64,000 nucleotides of DNA from Haliotis rubra. Taxonomy: Eukaryota. Below are positions 50,431 to 61,456 of this stretch, one piece after another; the first letter of the stretch is position 1, and each line of letters starts with the position of its first letter. Where the stretch lies: contig NW_025767046.1 in assembly GCF_003918875.1 (NCBI RefSeq), forward strand, positions 3,410,001-3,474,000, written 5' to 3'. The notes beneath the pieces were generated by a model, which did no database searches, was not told the DNA's origin, and worked only from the letters and a program-made list of their open reading frames with translations. The position numbers were made by a program, and so were the translations under genes.

Positions 50431-53400
50431 ATCAGCGTGTCCCTCACATATGTCAATATGTATCCAAGCTGGTTCTTCCCTCTCCAGTTCTTCATGTCCC
50501 AGGCCAGAGGGTCCTCCCTGTCAAGCCCAATACCCCATACAAGGTCTGAGGGGCTCGCTTCAACCATCAGTTTAGGATGTGTTTTAAACAGCTTCTTTTT
50601 CAAATCCGGATTCTGGGAAAACTGAAAAATAAAATAAATGTGGATATATATTCTCAAGCTCATTTAATATATCAATTCGCCTGCATCCTCTTTCCTCTTT
50701 AGGCTCGTGGTTAAAGCGTTCGCTCGTCACGTCGCAGACCCGGGTTCAATTCTCCACTTAGGTACAATGTGTGAAGCCCATTTCTGTCCCCGGTCGTGAT
50801 ACTGCTGGAATATTGATAAAAGCGGCGGAAAACCATACAACTGTTTTTGTCATTGTTGGATCAGCATTCTAGAAGTTGCGGAATCAATAATGAAGCATAC
50901 AACTTTATAAATAACAATAATTTCCTGTTTATTGCAAGATTCTTCTGTAAAGCTTTTCATGTTGCCACTCTTAGTTTAATAACGGTGTAAGAATCTACCC
51001 CCGAAACGTCGGTCTGTGCAATAAACAAACGTTTATGTTATCCATAAAGTTCTACGCTTCATAGGGGCGGTAGGGTAGCCCAGTGGTTAAAGCGTTCGCT
51101 CGTCACGCCGAAGACCCGGGTTCGATTGCCCACATGGATACAATGTGTGAGGCCCAATTCCTGGTGTTCCCCGCCGTGATATTGCTGGAATATTGCTAAA
51201 AGCGGCGTAAAGCTAAACTCACTCACTCTATGTTTTATAATTGAACTGTTACAAGAATATATTAATTTCATATCCAACACACATATACCAGAACCATTAG
51301 AGTATTAACTCCCCGGATAATTTGTTCCGCCCAATGGCCCCACTTCGCGTGATATTTTTCTACCAATACGCTAAACGTCTAAGATCCCAACACCCTTAAA
51401 AACAACAGTTGTGTTCCAAGCGACGTTTAGCAACATTGGATCATTCACGCATTAATGAGGGGCGGTGGGGTAGCCTAGTGGCTAAAGCGGTCGCTCGTCA
51501 CGCCGAAGACCCGGTTTCGATTCCCCACATGGGTACAATGTGTGAAGTCCATTTCTGGTGTCCCCCGCCATGATATTACTGGAATATTGCTAAAAGCGGC
51601 GTAAAACTAAACTCACTCACCTTGGCCCGGTTTGCGCGTTCAACAACCCGCTGACAACACTCTTTCCACACTTTTATGTCAAAATTTTCGATCTTTCTTC
51701 CAAGTCGCTTGTGTTCTGCGGGATTATCCGTTGCCAATACTTTCGCCTCAATGTCTTTGTCATTGAATGTAACTGGAAATTTAGAGTGAAAATTGAAAAA
51801 GGAAAAAATAAAAATATATACATAGATATAATAATATTGATTATGTAAGATAAGCCTGTGGCATTTGTAGAGGGTATCTCAGATAAACACGAAAACATTT
51901 CATATGAAAACAGAAATGTTCTCTACTTTCGGTACTTTCATGCTAATCAAATAATGATGTTGGAAAATACATCCATGCTGAAGTACCACAATGATTGAAT
52001 GGGAGTTCCCTCTCACTAAATCACCCGGCCCCACTCACTCACTCAATCCACTTCCACCAGCAAGCTCGCGCTCTTACACGAACATGATCGGAAACATCCA
52101 CTTACCCATTCACTCACCCACTAAATCACAACCCACTCCACTCCACCACATCCCATCACACTCCGCTCCTCTCCTCTGTATGTATGTATGCATGCATGTG
52201 TGTATGTTTGAATGTATGTATGTATGTATGTATGTATGTTTGTATGTATGTTGTTTGTATGCATGCATGTGTGTATGTTTGTATGTATGTTTGTATGTAT
52301 GTATGTATGTATGTATGTATGTGTGTATGTTCGTATTTATGTATGTATGTATGTTTGTATTTATTTATGTTTGTATGTATGTATGCATGCATGTGTGTAT
52401 GTTTGTATGCATGTTTGTATGTATGTTCGTATTTATNNNNNNNNNNNNNNNNNNNNNNNNNNNNNNNNNNNNNNNNNNNNNNNNNNNNNNNNNNNNNNNN
52501 NNNNNNNNNNNNNNNNNNNNNNNNNNNNNNNNNNNNNNNNNNNNNNNNNNNNNNNNNNNNNNNNNNNNNNNNNNNNNNNNNNNNNNNNNNNNNNNNNNNN
52601 NNNNNNNNNNNNNNNNNNNNNNNNNNNNNNNNNNNNNNNNNNNNNNNNNNNNNNNNNNNNNNNNNNNNNNNNNNNNNNNNNNNNNNNNNNNNNNNNNNNN
52701 NNNNNNNNNNNNNNNNNNNNNNNNNTATGCATGCATGTGTGTATGTTTGCATGCTTGTATGTATGAATTCCACTCCGCTCCACTCCACTCCAGCGCTGAC
52801 TCAGTGATTAGAGCGTCCGCCCGGAGAGCGGAAGGTCGCGGGTTCGATCCCCGGCTCGTACTCACTGAGATATATATCTTATTCAACTTAAAGTGCCAAA
52901 AATCGCTACAATTATCTCGAAATGTCAAACCTGAACAAGCATGAATGACCACTTGACACATTATATCCGTGTAAGGGGAATCGAAGGCGAGACAACAGAA
53001 GTATGTAACTATTTATGACACGCTGAGGCTCATCCCTCGATACGTAAAAGAAGTGTTCTAGGAAGTGTTATGGTTGTATTTTATGCAGACAGGCAATGTC
53101 TGATCAAATAATGATGTTGGAAAATACATCCATGCTGAAGTACCACAATGATTGATGGGAGTTCCCTCTTACTAAAATCACCAGGCCCCACTCACTTACT
53201 CAATCCACTTCCACCAGCAAGCTCGCGCTCTTACACGAACATGATCGGAAACATCCACTTACTCATTCACACACCCACTACATCACAACCCACTCCGCTC
53301 AACCACATCCCATCACTCCGCTCCGCTCCGCACCACTCCACTCCGCTCCTCTCCACCACATCCCGCTCCACGTCTTACCTACCTTACGATCTGGTTCCCA

Positions 53401-56400
53401 GTACGTACCAATCACCCGAACAATGACATGACCGTTCATTGTAAAGCCGGTCCAGTGATGTGGAAAGTCCCTGCCTGGCGCTCGGCATTAATGGGTACAA
53501 TGACTGGTCTGCGCGCGCGCGTGTAATGTGTTTGCTCGGAGTATCAGTATAATGTGTTATGTTTGCTAGGGGGCGTATAACCGGTTTCATGCAGTTCAGA
53601 CATCACTGCGGCATTCAGAAAACTTCGTAACGCTCGGAAATCTGTTTCAGTGCCAAATATTATTTTACATTTATACTCATAAACCCAGTTAATCGAGCAT
53701 AGTGATTTTGTTCCGTTTTGCATTATAAATAGTAACTCATTAAGTAGTCTTTTGGTTAAAATACTACTTGCAATATTTTGCAATACATACGCATGCACGT
53801 CGTCATATGAGCGAAATATTCTCAAGCACGACGNNNNNNNNNNNNNNNNNNNNNNNNNNNNNNNNNNNNNNNNNNNNNNNNNNNNNNNNNNNNNNNNNNN
53901 NNNNNNNNNNNNNNNNNNNNNNNNNNNNNNNNNNNNNNNNNNNNNNNNNNNNNNNNNNNNNNNNNNNNNNNNNNNTTCTGATACATCATGTACTGTTCAC
54001 CACAGTTGAATGTCACACCATCAATCTTGAAATAGGCTTCGTGATGGTGACTGAATGGAGACTTGAAACCGTAGAATAAAAACAATTCGTCTTTTCCGGA
54101 TGATCCTATATATCGTTTGTCTCTATACGTGGGGTTAAACTGGGCGCCGTTTGTTGACGCGTTGCCGCATGTTTCTGTAGGTGTAATCTCCCTTGTCAAC
54201 CTTGGACCCATTGGTTCATTTTCTCTGTTTCCCAGCTGACGTCTTGAATCGCTGTCTCGTCTTCCCATTGGTTCATTTTCCCGTTTCTTATTATCCTGAT
54301 CCTGTTTTTCGTTCAACCACTTTCGCTTAGGGCGTACATCGCCATTCTTCGCTTCCTCTGCTCTGACGCCCCCTTCCGTCTGTCTCTCTGCCACCACTTC
54401 TCCCTCTTCCGCTATACGAGCCATCTTCTTTTTCTTCTTCTTCTTTTTCTTCTTGTTCTCGGAGTCCGCTGTTGCTTCTGCCTCTTTCTCAATTGCCACG
54501 TGTACCTTCGCTTTCGCTTGATGTTTCCGCGGCTGTGCCATCAGTTTATCCCGGACACGAGTCAAGGCATACCCCAAAAGATTTCTTCCTTTCCATGTAC
54601 TCTTGTCCCAAGCTCTGACATCGTCGCTCGCTAGTCCAATACCCCACTTCTTATTACCCGGGGTGGCCTCAACCAAAAGTTGAGGGTGTGTGGCAAACAG
54701 GGATTCATGAAGCTTGGGATTCTGATCGAACTGTAAGAAAAACAACAACTAAAACACAAACCATTTTTAGAATAACCTTAAGTCAAGATGGTCGTGTCAG
54801 CATTAAATATTTCAGAACCTATGACGAAAACGAAATGATGTTTATTTATTAATCTTCAATAAATAAACATCACTTTCCAGATTTGGGGCGTTATTTGATA
54901 TTTGATGACGGACGTTTTTGATGGAGTTTTGGAGTCTGTCCACTCATTCTGCAGGATGTCAGATATGTGGTTTTTTTCAGTATTATAAACTCTCAAAATA
55001 AAATAACTGTCTTGTTCGTGAACAAACAATATATATCATGTACATGTCCTATCATTAAGCCATAATTTGTAAAGAAACCCTTAAAGCCCATACGGTGCCA
55101 ACGCTTTGCTCAGCATCTGTGGTAAGGAATATATATACCTATTCTCATGAATATGCTGTGATTATTGAAAACAAATTTAAGACTCTCCGCTGTTTCCCTA
55201 CGTTTCCTATCTTCCTCCTGCCACGAATGTTCTCTCCGACGTGAAATGATAAAAACCTATTTATCTCAATTTTCCCCGCCTCTGTAGACTTTGATGTATG
55301 TCATGATGTGATATAAAATACTCTATTCCTCCGTACGCATATAAAACCAGGACAGCTTGAATCTCTCTTCATCTATACTTGTATTAAATATTCCAGAAGC
55401 ATAGCGAACCCATCGTAACAGGCCATAGACTATACTCGGGATTAAAGTGGCCTAGGCAAGAATATACCCTGGGTATATTATGGCCTAGGCCAATTTATAC
55501 TCCGGGGTATAAATCGGCCTATACCAATTCATACCTCACAGGACAGATTGTACCCCCAGTATAGCCCAGCTGATATATGCCTGGGTTAAGTTGCCTAGGC
55601 TAGATTACACCCGGGTATATTATGGTCTAGACCAATTCATACCTCACAGGACAGATTGTACCCCCAGTATAGCCCAGCTGAGATATGCCTGGGTTAAGTT
55701 GCCTAGGCTAGATTACACCCGGGTATATTATGGCCTAGACCAAGTTATACCTCACAGGACAGATTGTACGCCTGGGTTAAGTTGCCTAGGCTAGATTACA
55801 CCCGGGTATATTATGGCCTAGACCAAGTTATACTCCAGGTTTAAATTGGCCTATCCAATTCATACCCCAACTCCCACCAGGTCAGCAGATTATACCCCCA
55901 AGACATCAGAGGTGTTTGATTATAAGACTGACTTTTATTACTTCAACCAGGAAAACCACAATCAGTAAAAACAAAAGATCAAAATCACTTTTACACCTGT
56001 CAGTATTGTTCACACATTAAAATAAACTATATTCCCCAAACAACGAAACACAATTGTGAAAAAACCCGCTCAATTAACCTTTCTGTTCATAAAGTGATAG
56101 CATGTATAATGTGCTGAAACTGAATAATGTCCTCACTGCTGTATGTGTAAATGTACCAAGTTAAACACTGATAACATCAAAATGATCATGGTTGTTGATA
56201 TACTGTGTAAATACAGTCAAAGCCTTGTTACAGAAGAGGGGTATATTCTGGCCTGGAGGGGCATAGTCTAGCCAAGGATGTTTTACACACCGGGTATAGT
56301 GTGGCCTATAGGACAGTTTATTCCCCGGGGTATACTCTAACTATACCCGGATTTAATGCGGGCAGGGGCTAATCTGGCCTGTTACACCGGATCTCTTGGT

Positions 56401-58461
56401 GGTTGAGCAGGAGGTGAGAAACACATGAAAAATACGGATGATAATAATAATAATAATAATGTATTTATAAAGCGCCTTATATCCACCATAGAGATGCTCA
56501 GTGGCATGTCGAAGATTGTGCATCATTTTGTTTGGTTTGTAAATAATCGAGTCTGGGCCAGACAATCTCGTCACACCACAAGCAATCTACGCAATTTTGA
56601 CATGCAGCAATTAAGTCGGCGAGCTTGACCACTCCAGTTTTTCGCCTATTACGACCATCCTGGGTTGCTGATGACCAATTCTAACCCGGATCTTCACGTG
56701 TATGTGAGTGAGTGGGTTAGTTTCGTTTTACGCCGCACTCAGCAATATTCCAGCTATATGGAGGCTGTCTGTAAATAATCGAGTCTGGACCAGACAATCC
56801 AGTGATCAACAGCATGACCTTCGATCAACGCAATTGGGAACCGATGACATCGGTCAACCACGTCAGCGAGCCTGACCACCCGATCCAGTTAGTCGCCTCT
56901 TACGACAAGCATGGGTTACTGAAGACCAATTCTAACCCGGACCTTCACGTGTATGTAGTGCATCACCCTACCTTGGCTTCGATGGCGCGTTCAAGAACTG
57001 TTTCCATGCTGTTCTGCCAAGCCTCCTGGTTGAAATTTTGAATACCTTTCCCACTGTCTTTCAGTTTCTCGTGGTCACTGACGGACAGAATCTTTTTAGC
57101 ACTTGCGTCGTCATTGGATAGAACTGAAATTGGGAAAATACGGTGTTTGTTGTTTTAAATAACGAGGCAATATTCAGCTCTGGGACGAGTCCGTGATTGA
57201 GTCGGATCTTTTGAAAGCATGAATCGTATATACAGAGGAACTGGAATTTTGAAAATGTGCTGTTTGTTTGTTGCATGACATAACCTTCAGCAATATTCCA
57301 CCTTTATTATGTAAATTATAGTCCGTAAATAATCGTGTCTCTTCAGCACATGCTTCAGATGTAACTGAAAATCTGAAAACCAGACGTCTGTTGCTTAAGA
57401 TCACACTAAGCAATATTGCAGCTTTATGACAACAGTCTGAGACTTGGCATGAGAATCCAGTGACTGACATCATGAACATCGAACTATGCAACCGGGGTAC
57501 GATGATATGTATCAACCAAGCGAGTCGAGCTGAGCACCCGATCCTGTTAGTCGCCTCTTACGACAAGCTTGGTGTTTCTGTAATCTGCCTCACAGTCCGT
57601 GAACCACATTATTTTACTAAAGCCCCAAATGAAGCAAGTCTAGATTTCCTCATGTTCTGATTTTCCATTCAAACTGGGATTCGTTTTCAATTCAAACTGG
57701 TTTATTTGTTACTATCAAAATTATATATATATATTCAGACTCAAAGCGTTAGTCTAGTGTTGCTGAAGACGGTTTCTAAGATTGCAATATGCCAACCGAA
57801 TCTAATACCCCGATCTATAACGATATTCATAATTATTGAAGGGAGATCTTATATTTTTATTGATTGGAAGATGAGGCTTAGTGACTTAATATGTATAAAG
57901 AGACAACTCTGTTTATGCATAAATCATATTGCACTCTATATCTCGTTATTCTACAAATACTAAGCAATAGACCTTGTGCTGAAACTGCTACTACTACCAC
58001 GACGATTACATCCAATACTACTACATATTTTAATCTAGTTAAACCCCAAACGCGACTACTACTACTACATATTTTCATCTAGCTGACCCCAAACCCCTTA
58101 CTACTACTACTACTACTACGTATTTTAATCTAGCTGACCCCAAACCCCTTACTACTACTACTACTACTACGTATTTTAATCTAGCTGACCCCAAACCCCT
58201 TACTACTTCTACTACTACTACTACTATTGCGTATTTTCATCTAGCTGACCCCAAACCCCTTACTACTACTACGTATTTTTATCTAGCTGACCCCAAACCC
58301 CTTACTACTACTACTACTACTACGTATTTTAATCTAGCTGACCCCAAACCCCTTACTACTACTACTACTACAACGTATTTTAATCTAGCTGACCCCAAAC
58401 CCCTTACTACTACTACTACTACTACTACTACGTATTTTAATCTAGCTGACCCCAAACCCCT

Positions 58462-58500
<39 letters not shown>

Positions 58501-58688
58501 GTATTTTAATCTAGCTGACCCCAAACCCCTTACTACTACAACTACGTATTTTAATCTAGCTGACCCCAAACCCCCTATTACTACTACCACTACGTATTTT
58601 CATCTCGCTGACCCCAAACCCCCTATTACTACTGCTACTACTACTACTACTACGTATTTTCATCTACCTGACCTCAAACCCCCTATAG

Positions 58689-58737
<49 letters not shown>

Positions 58738-59298
58738 CACTACCACTACATATTGTAATCTAGTTAACCCCCAAACCCCTACCTAATACACACTCACACC
58801 TTGGCACTGATGCATATCAATTATAGCCAGGGTAGGCTGTGACATGTATCTGTACAGTTACAGAAGCCGTTCAAGGTACACGCCACATGATGTGACACGT
58901 TAGCAATATAAATAGACGACTTGACACGACGAGCAATGCACACCGCAAACAATACAGTTTTTGTTTCGCGTTCAGTTAAGGCTTTCGATTTCAAAACTAG
59001 TAATGACATGAATCTACACTTGCATATTTTACAAACCAGGTCGTGAATTATATCTTTATGTCATAGCACACACGCAGTGTTATTGTACGTGTGTCTCCCT
59101 GGCGGTTGTTCTGTCGCTTCCAGCAAAGTATAACTTTGTGTATACTGATCACATCGTTAACTCACCAGCCTGTTGGTAGGTAATGTAGTGTTCGGCGGAG
59201 ATGAACAGGTTGCCATCTATTTCGAAATCCGCCTTATATTGAAGGCTAAATGTTGAATCGTTGCCCAAGAAGAAGTGAAAATCGTGTTGATCCTCCAT
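50403..59298 (-). CDS. Tandem two-domain NADAR-NADAR protein, paralog 4 (5 exons, ~471 aa)
   Basis: Exons: 59298-59166 (133 nt, MEDQHDFHFFLGNDSTFSLQY...SAEHYITYQQA; too short for the ORF track); 57123-56972 (152 nt); 54730 to ~53971 (end of domain 1, Lys-rich linker, start of domain 2; donor lost in the N gap); 51772-51621 (152 nt); 50621-50403. All visible junctions are GT-AG and in frame. Confidence 0.85.
51459..51620 (+). mobile_element. SINE family A copy abutting the NADAR4 exon 4 splice donor
   Basis: Full-length copy whose ACTCACTCAC tail ends at 51620, directly next to the exon end at 51621. Confidence 0.9.
52178..52765. repeat. (TATG)n microsatellite spanning an assembly gap
   Basis: Direct inspection; N run 52437-52725. 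Confidence 0.95.
55410..56390. mobile_element. Non-autonomous TIR element with internal ~115-bp tandem repeats
   Basis: Termini gtaacaggcc (55415) / ggcctgttac (56376); repeated gcctgggttaagttgcctaggctagattacacccgggtatattatgg units at 55520-55830. Confidence 0.6.
58060..58790. repeat. Compound minisatellite: constant ~30-bp block plus variable (CTA)n
   Basis: cgtattttaatctagctgaccccaaacccctta recurs about 13 times, separated by CTA tracts of varying length. Confidence 0.92.
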
Positions 59299-59748
59299 GT
59301 TTCAATGTAAGCCAACTTGTTATGCAATGTCAGATAATTCTACTTTCAGTATTGCGTTTCTCCTTAACGGGGCCCTTCTTATCTATGGTAGGTGTCACGT
59401 GACCCCATTTGGCCACGCCCCATTGTATTGTGGCCACAGTTCTAAGTACCCGATACTTTCGGTTCAGGGGAATTCCCAGAAATTGCCACGTTTACAAAAT
59501 TGACCATGTTTTATTGATAACATAACGTTATCTCCAAGTCTATATTTGTCACTGGTAATAATATGTGTTGCTAGTTTTAATTTATTATATTTTTAAACTT
59601 TCATGAAAAGGGGAATTTCAGGGTTGAAAATACCCGGAGAAATCATGCTACTCTCAGCGACAGCGACAGCCTCTGATGTTACTTATTAACCAACTAAGGG
59701 GTGTAACTCTTTTTTTCCAAATGTCAAGTTCAAAAGTGTTTTTGTATA

Positions 59749-60297
59749 TAGTCCGTTTGGCTCAAAAGCGGACCGATGAATTGCAATCTAACTCGAAAAC
59801 TAATAAACATAAAATACTCAATGAAACACTGATCATAATCAAAACCTCAGACCAACTCTGTGAGGTTTTTGCAGAATTTATGTCCTAAAAATAGAAAAGT
59901 TGTTTAACAAACTATCATTAAAATATCGACACAATTCACTATTTGTTACGAGGGAAGAATGCAGAGAAAGGGACAGCCAGGTGTGCGAGAAAGGATGGAG
60001 ACGGCACAGCACAGGTTAATGAATCAATAACTTTGTCGGCACTTGTGCACGTGTTTCTCTAACACCTGGCTGTCCCTTTCTCTGCACTCCTCCCTCGTAA
60101 CAAATGGTGAACTGTGTCAAAATTTTGATGATAGTATGTTAAACAACTTTTTTAATTTTAGAACATAAATTCGGCACACAAATCACAGAGTTGGTCTGAG
60201 GTTTTGATTATGATCAGCGTTTCATAGAGTATTATATGTTTATTAGTTTTCGAGTTAGATTGCAATTCATCGGTCCGCTTTTGAGCCAAACGGACTA
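59749..60297. mobile_element. Foldback element, copy 2 (spacer inverted relative to copy 1)
   Basis: Same arms as 22333-22902; spacer ggatggagacggcacagc is the reverse complement of that in copy 1; TA flanks. Confidence 0.85.
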
Positions 60298-61456
60298 TAG
60301 TATTCATTTGTTCGATAAGGTGTGACTGTGTGGAGGCTTTTTCAGGCACTTTGTAGGAATTAACATTCTTGCCGTAGATCACCTGAATATTGGCAAGTAT
60401 CAAAAGGGCGGATAACATATGCTGTATCGTCCTCACGGTAAAGAAATACAAATTCTTCTGAAAAAGGTTTGGGATCATGAAGGGTATATGTTCACGTCAA
60501 GCGTAGTCGTTAGTGAGTGAGTGAGTTTAGTTTAGTTCAGTAATAGTACAGCTATATGGCGGCGATCTCTAAATAATCGAGTCTGGACCAGACATTCCAG
60601 TGATCAACAGCATGAGCATCGATCTGCACAATTCAGTGAGCCTGACCACCCGATCCCGTTACTGAAGATCAATTCTTCACGGGTATCCATATGGCTGAAA
60701 TAATGCCAATGCGACGTTTGATTATAGCTTACTCACTCACTCATTGAGCGTCAAAAGAAGTGTTAGGACAAATGACATGTGGTTTCACCATAGGCAAGTG
60801 AGTTTGTTTAAAATTGCCTCTGTTCATCCAGCAGAAAATGGGTACCTGGTGGGATAAGTCATGTGACTATTAACCTTCTAGCGCCTCACAACCAGCTTGG
60901 GTTATCCGGGGTAATAATAATCAGATTGTCTGCTCTTTAAGCAACCACAACGGATGGCAAATAGCGCATAACAAATGCACTTATTATTATTATGTCTGTA
61001 AAACTTAACATAAGAAAGCCTCAAACAAAATATTCTGATAGTGAGTACACGTCATTAAGGCCAGGAATAATTTATTAGTGATAAAACTTGACGGGGAAGG
61101 TCGAGTAATATCTGTGGACAATTATTTGTTAATCGTATTGATTCTGTTAATCTTACGGTTAATAGTTCACTTCGGGTTGGTGGGGTAGCCTATTGGTTAA
61201 AGCGTCTGTTCGTCATGCTGAAGACCCGGGTTCGAGTCCCTACATGGGTACAATGTGTGAAGCCCATTTCTGGTGTACACGCCGTGATATTGCTGGAATA
61301 TTGCTAAAAGCGGCGTAAAACTAAACTTACTCACACTTCACATTATTGGTTGTTTGTGTATGACCTATAGTTTTGAGGGCTGTGCAACGAGTGGAGGAAC
61401 GTCTACAGGCTATAAGTATGCTCGAAATTGATGGTGTCTGTGATAATTAGCAGATT

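Noticed and set aside
48505-50575. 605-aa and 686-aa plus-strand ORFs
   Set aside because: Translations of a ~30-bp minisatellite that lacks stops on that strand; antisense to NADAR4.
51946-53345. ~230-bp direct duplication (51946-52170 vs 53103-53345) and ORFs across the N runs
   Set aside because: Adjacent to assembly gaps and a (TATG)n tract; may be an assembly artefact, and the ORFs are open only because of Ns.
58060-58790. CRISPR-like repeat/spacer pattern
   Set aside because: The spacers are only (CTA)n tracts; eukaryotic context; no cas genes.
27720-59298. Bacterial contamination or very recent horizontal transfer of NADAR/DarT toxin-antitoxin genes
   Set aside because: Conserved spliceosomal introns filled with host SINEs; no DarT-like ORF recognisable in the window.
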